Part shown: positions 1 to 15,869 of the stretch, piece after piece | How positions within the stretch are numbered: the stretch's first letter is position 1 | Layout: every line of letters starts with the position of its first letter | NCBI GenBank assembly: GCA_040357565.1 | Contig: JBDODJ010000020.1 | Length of the DNA stretch: 64,000 nucleotides | Origin: Cercozoa sp. M6MM | Lineage: Eukaryota > Protista > Endomyxa: Ascetosporea | Reading direction: 5' to 3' (one strand) | Program-made: the position numbers and the translations under genes | Notes under the pieces: generated by a model | Seen by the model: only the letters and a program-made list of their open reading frames with translations | Told to the model about the DNA's origin: nothing | Database searches by the model: none

Positions 1-3651
<3,651 letters not shown>

Positions 3652-3914
3652 TTGAGTTTTATAGGAATCAATTAAGTAGTTTTCCTGTACCAGTTAGGTA
3701 TGGGTCGCACTGTGTATATCGGGCTGTCCCAACCGCGAAGTCGGCTTCGTTGTCCAGAATGTAAGAGAGACACGGGCATGCTCTTGTAACTAACCTCGGA
3801 ATGCAGGGGGGACTACCCAGCTGGCTACCTAGAAGACTCAACTAACTAACTGTTGTATGTTGGGCCAATTACTCGCGAAAAATACTGCAGCCTGTGTAAG
3901 TTATACAGATCAGA

Positions 3915-5560
3915 TCAATCAAGGGCAAGCAGCATGCGCGCCGTGTCACACTGGCGCAGACGTTGTAGATCGACTGTTTCGCGCCGCTCTGTCTCGTCGT
4001 CATCATGTTCGACCCACTGGTCCACCGGCCGCTTGCCTGAGGGGACGAATACCATTCAAACAGGGACAAATAAAAAGTAAAGCGTTCACCAGCTCTTAGT
4101 CGGCGCAGTTGTTCCTGTGCGTAGCGTTGATTGACAGGCACAGGCGGTAGGAAGCCTGTGTAGATCACCTCGCGTGTGGCACCGTGATTACGTCGTGCGT
4201 TGGCACTACACTCATTTTTGTGGTCGTATGGAATGAGGAAAAATGAAAGCAGCTACTGAGGGGTTCGGAAGTCCCACAGCACAACATCGCCGGCTTCGTA
4301 GGGAACGTGCTGTGTGTATTGAATAAATCGTGGAATATGGAAAGGAGGGGGGGGGGTAAAACTATACCTCCATCTCACGCACAATGTCGCCGCGAATGCG
4401 CGTGAATTCGCCGACACACACAGCTTCCCGTGTCTGCACAAACAAGTGCAACCTACAAGCCCTCAGCCAGTACACAGACAGACTGTCGTACCTCAAAGTA
4501 TTCGCGAAACTGTCGGTGAAAACCTTTGATGCACTCGAAACCGCCCGTGTCAGCTTCGGAGTTCGGTGTTAGCTGGAGGAGTAAAGGAAGTGAATGGGGG
4601 AGGGGGAAGGGAGGAACAGGTACCGGAACAAAGCATTGGATAGGCCGCCACCTCTGCGCGTCCTCCTTGTACAAGGCGTTGCCGGCGCAGTCTTTAATTA
4701 GGTGGCAAGGGAAAGAGGTAGAGGAATAAAAAGATAAAGGGTAAAGGGGGTGAAACTTAGCGGGGTAAAGAACCTAAATGAGGAGCCAGGCCGCGCTGCA
4801 TGGGTCGCTTCCCCGATGGCAGCGCCGTGTCCGGCAGTCGCACGCAGATTCGGTCCAGGTACGCAATGCCTCGACTCGCGTCCATTTGACCGAACTGATC
4901 CATACACAAAGAGAAGTACTCCACATCCCCTTGAATGATGACAGAAAAAAAGCCAAAACAAACCGGATGCGCAAAGAGTTCTTCCACGGCGCCGTTTTCG
5001 CCGCCGCGTCGGTCGCCCGCGTGGTCTGCTTCACCCCCGGTTTTGCCTTGTCTACCCTACCCCCTCTCTAAAGAAACGCACCGAATGTGATATGTCTGCC
5101 GAGCGCGTAGGTGTGTCGCCACAGCTGCGAGAGGATCGAGAAGAGGCGACGGGACAGCTGTAGTCGCAGCTGGAACGGCTGGTAGAACACGTCCAGCACG
5201 CCACCTGCGCAGTTTTAGCCACCCCAGATACACTTGCAGGACTGACAGCCATCCAAAAGTACGGCTACTCAAGTACCGGCTCCCTTGGTGGACGAGAGTG
5301 CGCGCATGGCCTCGGCGTCGCCGGGCGCACTCAGGGCTTGCCAGTCCGAGACGCCTTGTGTCGCCAGGTAGGTGTGCAGTTCCTGACGCGTCCTCTGAAC
5401 CACTGCGTCGGGAAACACACCGCGCACTACCAGCACTCCATTCTGCACGAACTCCTGCACACACACGACACGCTCTCACCAACCAACCGATCACACATAG
5501 AACGAGTACCTCGATCTGAGCCTCCGTCAACTCGTACGGAGTGTCTAGTAACTCTTCCAT
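3915..5560 (-). CDS. Phytanoyl-CoA dioxygenase (PhyH)-family Fe(II)/2OG dioxygenase; multi-exon
   Basis: Spliced product MEELLDTPYELTEAQIE|EFVQNGVLVVRGVF...GLAPHL|DCAG (HxD)...GGFECIKGFH...GDVVLWDFRTPH (distal His)...REVIYTGFLP. Confidence 0.75.
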
Positions 5561-5772
5561 AGTCTAGAAGTATGCAGTTTCTGCGCGTTCGAGTGGTGCG
5601 CTACTCTAACTGTAGAGCACAGGTGCCCCGTCCGTTCTCTATATTCTGTTTTCTCGTCGGCGGTCGGGAGATTTTTCCGGCGCGGGTGTCGGGTTTAGCG
5701 ATATGATACTGTAAGTGAGGACATAACTTAAGTCAATGCTGTCTCCGCGCGACACATGACAGGGCAGAAAGA

Positions 5773-7921
5773 TCACTTGGCCGATGAGGACTTGCGGCGT
5801 GAGCGACGACGCTTGGCGGCCGAGCGCGTGCGGCGCGACATGCCGGCTTCACTTCTATAGAATACGTACCCATATCTTTATTGTAGGAAGATTATGTCTC
5901 CTCCATATCAAATGTAAATATATTAATAGACACAGAGCTGAAAGATGAGAGATACTTTTGCTGACTATCGACGCTGCTGCTGGTGTCAGGAGTCAGCACA
6001 AAGCCGTGCTCGGCTGCCTCGTTCTGCAGCTGTTCGACACGCTTGGAGCCGCGCTTCTTCTTCTGCTTCTTTTGTGGCTTCTGCTTCTTCTGGCCTGCTC
6101 ATAGGTTCAGAAAATTAAGAAACAAAGAAGCAAAGGAAACACAAAATAAAAGGAACACAAAATAGACTAGATAAATACGAAAAAAGAATGTACCACTGCT
6201 GGAGTCGGCAGGAGCAGCGTCGGCCGACAGAGTCTTGCGCGTCGTGGGCGCCTCGCGAACCGGCGTCACGAAGCGCTGCTCCTGGCGACCGAGAGCGTCG
6301 CGATCGATGCGAATCGGCAGCTTCGGCGGCTTCAAAATCGAGGCCGTGCTCTCTGCACAGTACGCATCAGTCAAAGACAAAAAAAAAATGAATGCAACGA
6401 ACTTAATCAACCAAAAGGTACAAACAGAAACAAATCAACGAATCAATCAACGAATAAATCACTTTGGATTGACAAACCAAACACAGACATAGACATAAAA
6501 ATAAACTTATAACGCAAGAAGTTAATGAACAAAAAATGATAAAACAGAGGCACCCGACTGCGAGGCACGGATCTCGGGCTGCAGGAACTGCGTGCGACGG
6601 AAGCGTCGCACATGCTTCTCACCCGAAAAGGTAACTCCCTTCTTCTTCTCCTCCTGTCGCAGCTTCTGCTTCTTGCGCGGCGGCTCCTCCGCTTCGTCTT
6701 CGTCTTGGCTTCGGCTTTCGTTTTTGCTTTGGCTTTCACTGTCGTTCGCGTTGTCGTTAACGTTGTCGTTGGCGCTTTCGAGTGCTTGGGCAGGAGCGAC
6801 TTGGGTCTGCAGTTCGTGTAGCTGCTGCGTGAGTCGCACGCCCTGTCGCTGCAGCCGCAGCAACTGCTCGAGCGACAAGTCGAGCTGCTCAAAGGCTGCA
6901 GCTTCGGCGGCGCCGTTTCTGTTGCGATCGGCGCCTTGCGCTTCACGCTCGAAGTCCTGGCGCAGCTTCTTCAGCCTGCTCAAAGCAAAGCAAAGCAACT
7001 CAACCCAACTCAACTCAAGAAAAGCTAAACAAAGCAACTCAACTCAACTCAAAGCAAAGCAATGTACCTGCGACGCGAAGCAGCCACAGTGCTGGAACGC
7101 GACATGTAGCACAGCAACAAGTCCGAGAGACTGCCCAGGTGCTTGCGCAGGCCGAGTTGCCGCTCACGCGCCGCCTGCAGTAGCGCACGCAGCATGCCGT
7201 CCTCGAGTCGGCGCGAGAACTTGGCGTCGCAGTCAGTGCTCACAATATCAAGGGCAGCACAGGCCACCAGTTGGAACACACGCAGTGTCGGGATGCACAC
7301 CTTGCCTTGACTGCTGTGACTGGCCTTGGACTGACCTGCCTTGGACTGACCTGCCTTACCTTGACTGCTTTGACCTGACTGAGCCTGCTGGTCGGCATGA
7401 CACACACCGCACAACTCCTGCACCAGGATATCGGCCACGTGCAGCGAGAGACCGCGATGAGCACTGCCTGAGTGCTGCAGCAGCACGCGCAACGACGCCT
7501 CGAACGGCGTCAGCGCCGTCTCGGCCCACTGCACCTGCGCCAGCGCACGCAGCTGCTCGCGCAGCACGTAGCGCACCAGCGACATGAACTTGTCAACGCG
7601 GTAGTAGCCGATGCCGTTCCACTCGCGCGCCATCGTCCGCGCGAACGCCGCAAAATACAGTGCGCGTCTCTTCGCGTCCAGTTCGTGCTGCAGAGCGGCC
7701 AGCTCGAGTGCCAGGTGCTGCTGCACTGGCACCTGGTCCGAGTGCCACATGCAGTAGAACAGACCCTTCCACGCCTGCGCAAAGTATGCCGCCGATGTCT
7801 CCGCACTCGACGCCAGCCACACACGCACTCGCTTCAGCGAACGCGCGCGCTGCTTCCGTTCCGTCGACGCCAGCAGGCGCGACAGCTGCAGCAGGCGCGT
7901 CTCTTCGGCTCCGTCCGCCAT
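5773..7921 (-). CDS. RRP1: Ribosomal RNA processing protein 1 (Nop52/RRP1/RRP1B-like) with long C-terminal tail
   Basis: LASTERKQRARSL...WKGLFYCMWHSDQVPVQQHLA...REWNGIGYYRVDKFMSLVR is the Nop52 signature. Downstream exons join in phase and include KKGVTF and SILK, ending SRRKSSSAK*. Confidence 0.88.
7318..7385. repeat. Imperfect 15-bp coding tandem repeat in RRP1 (AGQSK-like units)
   Basis: gactgacctgccttg-like units; protein reads QGKAGQSKAGQSKASHSSQGK. Confidence 0.6.
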
Positions 7922-8416
7922 CTCTCTTTATTTTATTGCCGCCCGAGTTTCTCTCACCGGCACACACACTCACTGGCGCTGTCGGCACTACACTTTACGC
8001 GCGTCACGCACACTCCACGGGCGCCGCACGGGCAGAGCCTCTTTTCGCGCTGCTTTATTTGCGCCCAGCGCTCCTCAATTTTCTAACGTCTACGCGAAAT
8101 CAATCGTGTGCAGTAGAGTTTCCGTACTTGCAAAGTTGGATCGCTGCTAAAGAAACCGCAAGTTGTGCCCAAATCAACGCAGATCAGCAAAGCTGCCACA
8201 TCATTCAGAAACGTTTTTGGGGAGCTGTAGCGCCATTTGCCAGCTTAGGAGACAATAGGGTGCTCTCCCAGTGGCGCTTACGCAACCTTGCGAGCACTTG
8301 CGAAAAACACGGGCGACTCGAAAAGTTGGTGTTTGTGCCAATATTATTGACCCCGCAGCCAACGGTAGTGGAAGAGGTGCGTGCGCCTCCTCCTCCAACA
8401 ACAGCTCCCTTTCGGC

Positions 8417-10054
8417 ATGACAACGCTGACGGCAGCGCAGGCTGGAACCTTACGCTCATGTCCGCTCTCGGGTACTCGGTTGTATCATTTATTTCCTATC
8501 ATTTATTTCCTATCATTTATTTCCCAGTCATTATTTCTCAAGTCGTTGATGACAATTCACTCACTGTAGCCTCCGAAATGGAAGAGTACGCTCGATTCGT
8601 CGAACTTGACGACGAAACGAAGTCGCCAAAGCAACACGTGCGTTTTTTTGGGACACTGGTGAAACATCAAGCGTCTGTTTGATGTGATGTGCAGCGCGAG
8701 TTGCTCAAGGACCTGCTCCGAGGTCTCGGTGACATTGGCAAGGGCGATGATGGGCCCACACGGCGGCATAAGTGGAGTTGGGTGATTGAGAACATGCTAG
8801 TTCTGCCGTTGGTGCAGAATCCAACCTTAACGAAAACGCTGGTCTCAATTCGCAACTGGCAAACTGTACTCTTATCTTTTGACTTGCTGTGTAAAGAAAT
8901 GTGTGTACGTTTATATTGCTACTATAGTCACTGGTTCGTCTAGTGTTTGCCTCGATGGACTTGCCGCTGGTGAGTGTGCCGAGAGATGCGGAGAAAGATA
9001 GCGACGACGAAAACTTCGGCTTGCTGACCAAGAAGAGCTGCATCGGTCGCGAGGTGCAGGACCGGCAGAATTTTCGGCACGTGCGGCGCGTCATCAAGTC
9101 GCAGTCGCGCCTGTTCTCGCTGCTGATGGTGATCTTTACGCAGGTGCACTACTCGGTGTTCTGCAACACGCAGGAGCGCTTCTCGCTAACCGACATTCCC
9201 GAGAAGTTCCAGTTCACGGCGCCCAAGCAGAACGGCGGCACTTTCGACACTCTCGTACACAATATATTTTCGTACAAAATATATTTTGTCTCTAATCGTG
9301 GTTTCTGAAAGTATCAGTTTTCTGAAAGTATCAGTTTCTGAAAGTATCAGTTTTGCTTGTGTAACGTTACAGCTGCGTTCGATGACGTCGCTGTTCTCGC
9401 AGACAGGCGGCTGGACAACTCTGTCGGTGCCGATCGGGCGCCTGCTGCTGCTGTCCTTGTTGAGCAAAGTGTCGAAAAACTACCGCGAAATCTCTCGCGA
9501 CTACAGGCTTCCGCACGTGCGTTTTACTCTGCCATCCTTGACGGAATGTGTTGACCTTCGTTTTCCTTGGTTCGTTTGCAGTGGCAGAATCTGCTCTCAC
9601 TGCTTGCAGTCGTGGAAAGCTTCATTCTGCATCGCGCTCGGTCGACGAAACTCTCGCTCACACGGGTTTCTTTTCATTCTTTTAAACTCAGTATTCTTGT
9701 CGATTCGATTCTTATTTTTTAGTCGCTTCCGCGCGGCTCGTCGTCCTTCGACGATGCTGTGTCCACTCCGACACCCACAGTACTTCATGCGCTGTCTGCC
9801 CCAAGAGAAAAAGAAAGAAACCTGTGTGTTTCTGCAGAGACGCAAGTCGTTCTGGAGGAAAGAAGGCGACTCGTCCATTGATCCCATTGTTACTACGCAG
9901 TTTGGTACCGAACGCCTGACACTCTGGAAGAAACGCTAGAGAAACAGTTTTCTTTTTTTTTGCAGATTTACCGGCGAGCTCGACACCCAAAAAGAGCGCG
10001 AAGAAGAAGGCGCAAGTTGCTTCCGATCTTGGTAATAGCACACAACAAAATTGA
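8417..10054 (+). CDS. Hypothetical protein, multi-exon
   Basis: In-phase GT-AG exons (MTTLTAAQ...|SEMEEYARFVELDD...|RELLKDLLRGL...|LRSMTSLFSQ...|...KKSAKKKAQ...*). No family recognised. Confidence 0.5.
9302..9351. repeat. Three copies of a 16-17 bp intronic tandem repeat
   Basis: tttctgaaagtatcag(t) x3. Confidence 0.85.
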
Positions 10055-10199
10055 GTCTTCCACTAACATCAAAATCCGCATTCGTCGCTGTCTGTAGACC
10101 CTTTGAACCGACGTGTGTTCCTTCGAATTGCGAGTGATTTAAATTGCACCGAAGGTTTGTTTTTTTTCCCGCACTTCGAAGCTGTGCCTTTCACACGCA

Positions 10200-11653
10200 T
10201 GCATTGGCTCTCTTTCGATCGGTGCAGACTTGGCTCTCGTCCGATTGGTGCTGCGACTGCTTCAAAAAGAGCTCCGCGTTGATGGCATGTACGCACGGTT
10301 CGCAACGGTTCGGTTTTCCCTGCAAGTTTGCAGTTGCACACATGCAATTTACCTAAGTGTAGGTTAGCGAGGCTTCCGACAAGAAATTAAAAGCGTATTT
10401 TGCTTCAGAGTTTCTCAAGATTTTTGTTTTTGTTTTTGCTTTTGACCCGAGGTGGTGTGTGAAAAATAGAAAGGTGCGCCGACTGGACGAATTGCTGAAT
10501 GCAGAGCGCGAGTTTTTCGAAGAGTTGCACCGGTTTCTAGCGAATGTGCTGGCGTCACGTTCGCTTTCGAGTAGGCTTTTTCTGCTCTCTGGCTTTTGGG
10601 GGGCGAGTCGAGTGATATTGTTTTGTGTGTTTGCTCAGGTGACAAGCGTCGTGAGAAAGTGGGGCAGGCATTGGAGCAGATGGCGCTTGCCACTGCGCAG
10701 GTATAGCCTAACTGTCAGTTTGTGTGCATATCAAAATCTTGTTGGTTGGACAGAGAGCGGTTCTAAAGAAGCAGTCATCGGCAGGCCGCATGGCCACGAT
10801 TAAAGGTAAGTCACGCACCTCAATGTCGGCCGAAGTAAGCTCTGCCGTGCGCTTCCTTAAACGAGTAAGACACCAGTTCTCCTTGCTTAGTTTATTTTTA
10901 CATCATTCTACTTTGAATTGTTGCTTGTTAGGTCGCACTGGCGTCGCTACGCGACAGGCGGCACGCTGAAAGTGTCGATGATGACCATGTACATCCATAA
11001 GTTTCTCGTACTACTGTTGCTGTTGTATTTGTGTGTGTGTGTGTGTGATTGGTAGGGTCTTCATCGCGTACTGAGTCTCCAGTTACGTCTCATGCAGCAG
11101 CGACAGGAAGAAGCTGCTGCTGCAGAAGAAAGTGAGGAGGACAACTGGTGGACCGACCCACAGGTGGCCGACAACGTCTCCTTGTTCGCCTTTTGCCGCG
11201 TGCGCACGCGCAGCGACTCTGTCTCCGTACATTTATGTTTAGCAGTCTCCGCGCGGACAGAGGAATCAATGGAATGCAAAACAGAGTGGCGACGAACTGC
11301 TGCGCCGACAGCCACGGCGGCCGCTGCGCGAAATTCGCCGGAGTGCCCGTCTTGAAGGGTAAACCCTTTGCCCTTTACCCCCCTCCCCCTTACTTCCCGC
11401 AGTGTGCTACGACAGCGACTGGCCAGCATGCCTGCCATGCGCACGCCCCTCAATGTACACACTGATAAGGATTAATGTATACAAGTATTAATGTATATAA
11501 GTATTAATGTATACAAGTATTAATGTACTCTGATGTGCATATGAACAGAGAGCGAGTTTCGCCACCGACGTCGTCGACGTGAGTGTACAGCTGCCGCCCA
11601 CGCGGTCGCGACTCGCCTCTGTGTGCGTTGTGCCCCTTCCTACCCCATGCATT

Positions 11654-11706
<53 letters not shown>

Positions 11707-11716
11707 NNNNNNNNNN

Positions 11717-11764
<48 letters not shown>

Positions 11765-12063
11765 ACGTTTGTATTTGTGTCCAGTATTGATCACGCCGAA
11801 GCAGTCGAAGTTCCGGAGAATCGCGGCCACTCGCGACAGCACCGGTCGCGACACCTGGTCGAGGAGGAGATCGCCGCTCTGCATGGTGCGCTTGAGTCGA
11901 TATATACTGGATCTATACATATGTATGTCTATGATATGTGCTGCCTATCGGTATGTGTGATGCAGCCTCGTCGACTGAGACGTCGCCAGTTCCGCCGCAG
12001 ACGGCCATTGTGCTGCCGGCATCGGCGTCGCTGGACGGCGTGCCGTCGCTCGCGCTGCGTTAA
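10200..12063 (+). CDS. Hypothetical protein, multi-exon (start uncertain)
   Basis: Exon-like blocks bounded by AG/GT (VRRLDELLNAEREFFEELHRFLAN; GLHRVLSLQLRLMQQRQEEAAAAEESEEDNWWTDPQ; SSTETSPVPPQ...SLALR*). Confidence 0.4.
11471..11528. repeat. 16-bp intronic tandem repeat, about 3.5 copies
   Basis: attaatgtatayaagt repeated. Confidence 0.8.
11658..11763. repeat. (GT)n microsatellite containing a 10-N gap; similar arrays at about 42750-42858, 52170-52367 and 61433-61525
   Basis: Direct reading. Confidence 0.95.
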
Positions 12064-12242
12064 CAACTGCAAACTACAGCAGCAACTTTCGCGACCCTAT
12101 AATTCGTTTTGATTTACATTTACCATACAATAGAAGCGACTGGAACCAAACGCGGGAACGTTAGTTAGCTTCTTAATTCTATTCGAACTTTGTGTAGCAC
12201 CATCGCAAGCGAAAGTAACGGAAGGCAAGAGAAGGAGGCTGG

Positions 12243-14076
12243 TCAGCTAGCGGAGAGATCCAGACGGCTCAGACAGGCGTCGAAAGCAGGCACCGACAGG
12301 AGCCACTCGTCCATGTCGCGGCTGCAGAGAACCTCATTTTTACCCCCCCCCCGTGGTGGGGGCGCGGCCCGGCCCCCCCCCCCCGACTCTTGTTACCACT
12401 GAAGACGCAAAGCCGGCACGTCGTGCACCAGAGTGAGCGTGATGTCGCCATGTGTCGACGGTTGCCTCCATTGGAGATCCTCACCGTCGCAGGTGTCACT
12501 GACGGTTCGATCGCCCATGCGATCACTCATACGATCACTGATGCGATCAGTGTCGGAACTGATGCCGAACCGTGCCACAGCGTGACGGTGTAGTCGACGG
12601 TGGACCACGTGATGAACCGTCCGAGTCAGCACATGTGTAGCATCGCACCGTAGCCACCGTCGCCACAGCACCGTCAACTGATCGATCGTTTCACCGTCAT
12701 GATCACTGACGGTTTGATCACTGACGGTTTGATCACTGACGGTTTGATCGGTGCGACGCAGTGTGACGTCGTCATAGGCGCGCGTGAAGCACAGCGACGC
12801 CTCGACTCCGGCATCCGCGCGGAAGTGTAATGTCCGCGCGGACGCCTCCCACAGCGCCGTGAAGCGCTGCAGTGGCTCGCGCGTTCGCTAGTCAAACCAA
12901 TTGGAGAGGGGGTGGGGGGGGGGTAAAACAGCCTACATTAATCGACATGACGAGGTCGAGGCCGCTCTGCGTCGACAGAAGCGCGGCCACCTGACGCAAC
13001 AAGAGACGCCGCTGCTTGCGCCGCACCTGAGAGGGGTGGGGGGTGAAAGGGGTAAGGGGGGGGGTAAAACTACCTGCTGCAAAAGCTGCGAGGCATCGGT
13101 GCCGCTTTCTCTCGACGGCGTCAGTGACACGCCATCCGGTGTCATGTGCAGTGCACAGATTCCCTCCTTCTGCGTGACACAGAAACAACAACAACAGAAA
13201 TACAACAACAACAGAACAACAACAACAGAAATACAACAACAGAAATACAACAAAATAACAAGCGCACCGATGCTGTATCCGCGCGGAGATCGGCCACCAG
13301 GATGCTCGGCAACGACACTCGGCCCACGCGGATGCCGCCCTGTTCTCGGCAAAAATAAAAAACAACAACAAAAACAACAACCTAAAAACAACAACAATTT
13401 CGTACCTCGCACAAATGCCGCACGTCATGCGCTGCGCGCGCAAACTGATTCGCGCGTTTCTCAAGTTGCGTCCGCGCGGAAGCCAAAATGTCGGCGGCGC
13501 TGTCTGCGCGGACAGCATGGTTCGCGCGAACGGCGCGTCGCGTCGCTTGGCGCAGCGTTGTTGTGATCGCTTCGTCGTCCGCGCGGACGTCCGGCGGGCC
13601 TTCCTCGCGGATGAGCGCGCGAAGATCGGCGTCGGCACCTTGACGCCGGTGCATTCGCTGCAGTGACACGGCACCACCTGTCCAGTCAACAACAAAACAG
13701 CATTCGCATTTTCATGCGTCCGCGCGGGAGCAGCCTGGATACCAGGACGCATCATGCGCGCAAGTTGGGCCAGCAGGTGCATGTCTTGATGTGCTTGAGA
13801 CAGGTGCATCCGCGCGGAGGCACGGAGAGACTCGGCGGAGGAAGTCTGCGACCGCGCGGACGTGCTGACCGACTCGTCGCTGTCGTCGCTGTCGCGCTGC
13901 CGCTGGTGCTGACGGTAGCGACGGTCCACGGCCACGAAGAAACGCTCCAGCGGCGTCAACGCCGCAGGCAATGTCCGCGCGGATGGGTCAGCTGGAATCT
14001 CCTTGCACAGTTGCGCATCCAGCGACACTGACACATCTGACAGGTCGATCACACCGTCGGCATCGGCGTTTCTCAT
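12243..14076 (-). CDS. Divergent Mediator subunit 17 (MED17/Srb4)-like protein; multi-exon
   Basis: LRASARMHLSQAHQDMHLLAQLARMM and SAADILASARTQLEKRANQFARAAHDVRHL resemble, from memory, the two conserved N-terminal helices of MED17. Not verified by search. Confidence 0.4.
12701..12749. repeat. 15-bp tandem repeat x3 within the MED17-like gene
   Basis: gatcactgacggttt x3. Confidence 0.85.
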
Positions 14077-14343
14077 TGCCGCTGCAAAAATATCTCAACA
14101 CACATGTGCTAAATCACAATTAGCGAATACCTAATGCACGATCCTCAACACCCGCACATGCGTGAGCAGCACGAGAGCCTTTTTGAGTGTACCGGACGTT
14201 GAGCAACTTAAGGCTGCACATGTACTATTGAGTCTTTGTTCGCTCAATCAAGTGTTAGAGAAGCGTTAGGCAACTTTAATGCAATAAGAATCACACGTAA
14301 CACACAGAACGCGGGGCCAATAGGCCCAGGGAGACGCGTATAG

Positions 14344-15503
14344 CTACTCGAGTTTTTTCTGCAGTTTGGCCGGCTTGGACTTGCTGTCCTTGGGCTTGAA
14401 GTACAGGTCGTAGAAGAGCTTGGAGAACACGACGACGTAGTAGACGTACATGATGGCAGCGAACATGAGGATCGTCGAGTTGAACTCCGGGCACAGCATG
14501 TAGCGCTTGTACTGCACGAGGGGTACGCGTGGGTAGCACGGGGAAGGGGTTAAGGGGACAAAGGAGAAAGGTACGATGACGTAGGACATGGCAAACATCT
14601 GCGAAGTCTGCACGAAGGTGATGGACATGCGAATCGGCTTGGGGAAGCGCACGCCCATGGCACTCACGGCGTAGTACGTGTACATGATGCTGTGCACAAA
14701 GAGGTTGATGCAGGTGCCGTGCATGGCCACCGGGTCGGCCACGTAGCTCATATTCAGCAGGCCTTGTGCACACGTCAACACGTGGTGCGTCCAGTGCAGT
14801 GCAATGCTACCAGAGAGGGGGAGGTAAGGGGTAACGCAGGGGAGAGGGCGGGGTAAAACTACATCGGACGACGACGCAGTGCCAGGAAGACCGTGTCACC
14901 GAATTCCACGATTTTCGACACGTTGAACAGAAACATGGCCCAGCCGCGCGGATCGCTGCCAAGAGCGACGGCATCGTAGCACACGGCGTCGTAAGACTCG
15001 CCCCGGATTAGCCGGATCCACAGCGGCAGCAGCGACAGGAAAGCCAAAAACGAGCTGCGCAAAACGCCGCCTTAATGATCAAAAATCACTCAAGACCACA
15101 GAACCAGATCGTACAAACTCGCGAGGCCAAAGTTCCACAGCACAAGCAGCGTCTTCATGAGCAACGAGTCCTTGGGTCTCTTTTCTGTGAAATCAATCGT
15201 ACCAACCCAGACAAATACCAAAAAAAAAAGACACTGCTGGAGCAAAATGGCAAACCAATACCACCTGCGGGCGGCATCGGGAAGATCTTGCGCAGCGTGA
15301 AAATCACCGGACAGTACAGCGCCAGCAGGGTCCATACGAGCGTCTTGTTGTCCTGCAGGACATGCGTATCTAGTCGTGTTTTTCACAGGCATTAACAGTC
15401 AATTTACGGTCACAAAGGCCTTGGCATCACGGTCGAACTCGTAGTTCTCGGGCGCCATCAGCAGGCGACTCGCGCCGTGCGAAACTTGCTCCAACAGCTC
15501 CAT
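14344..15503 (-). CDS. Very-long-chain fatty acid elongase (GNS1/SUR4, ELO family); multi-exon
   Basis: SKIVEFGDTVFLALRRRPI|IALHWTHH histidine box, NLFVHSIMYTYY, ITFVQTSQM, C-terminal KKLE (dilysine-like). First exon MELLEQVSHG... starts at 15503. Confidence 0.92.
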
Positions 15504-15869
15504 TGTGTCCTGCCCTCAAAAAAGCAAGGTGATCGCTTGACATTGGATCGATAGGCGCGATTTGTGTGACTTGGCCTGGGCGCTTGTCAAGTTTGCCCCA
15601 CGCAAAGACCGAGTCACCGCCCAAGTCTGTACAGTGAGCATTACCTACTGAAGCGTGCGCGGCAAACAAGCTGCTGCGGCAAAAAACACGAGGCAGCTTC
15701 TTGTCAATCAGTGTTTTGTTAAAGGAGCGTCATGGTTGTCAAAGCGGCCTTAAATGAACCTTTTCAGAGCTAAGCACGATGTGGTACCACAGCAGTGCCA
15801 GTGCTTTTAGCGATCGTCTTTTACGAGAGAACTGAAGCTTGTAACCAACTGGGGGGTGGCGATCACTTA

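Noticed and set aside
3660-3900. Possible ncRNA between convergent genes
   Set aside because: No tRNA, snRNA or snoRNA box pattern that I can support; likely overlapping 3' UTRs.
5572-5860. Small plus-strand spliced ORF (…QKDHLADEDLRRERRR…)
   Set aside because: The same bases read in phase as the last RRP1 exon on the minus strand, and its ATG would sit 12 bp from the divergent PhyH ATG.
6099-6410. ORF with apparent signal peptide MIKFVAFIFFLSL
   Set aside because: The hydrophobic start is T-rich intron sequence; the rest is an internal RRP1 exon.
10490-10545. RhoGEF (DH) domain suggested by ELLNAEREFFEEL
   Set aside because: Only one helix resembles it, and the downstream conserved DH segments were not found.
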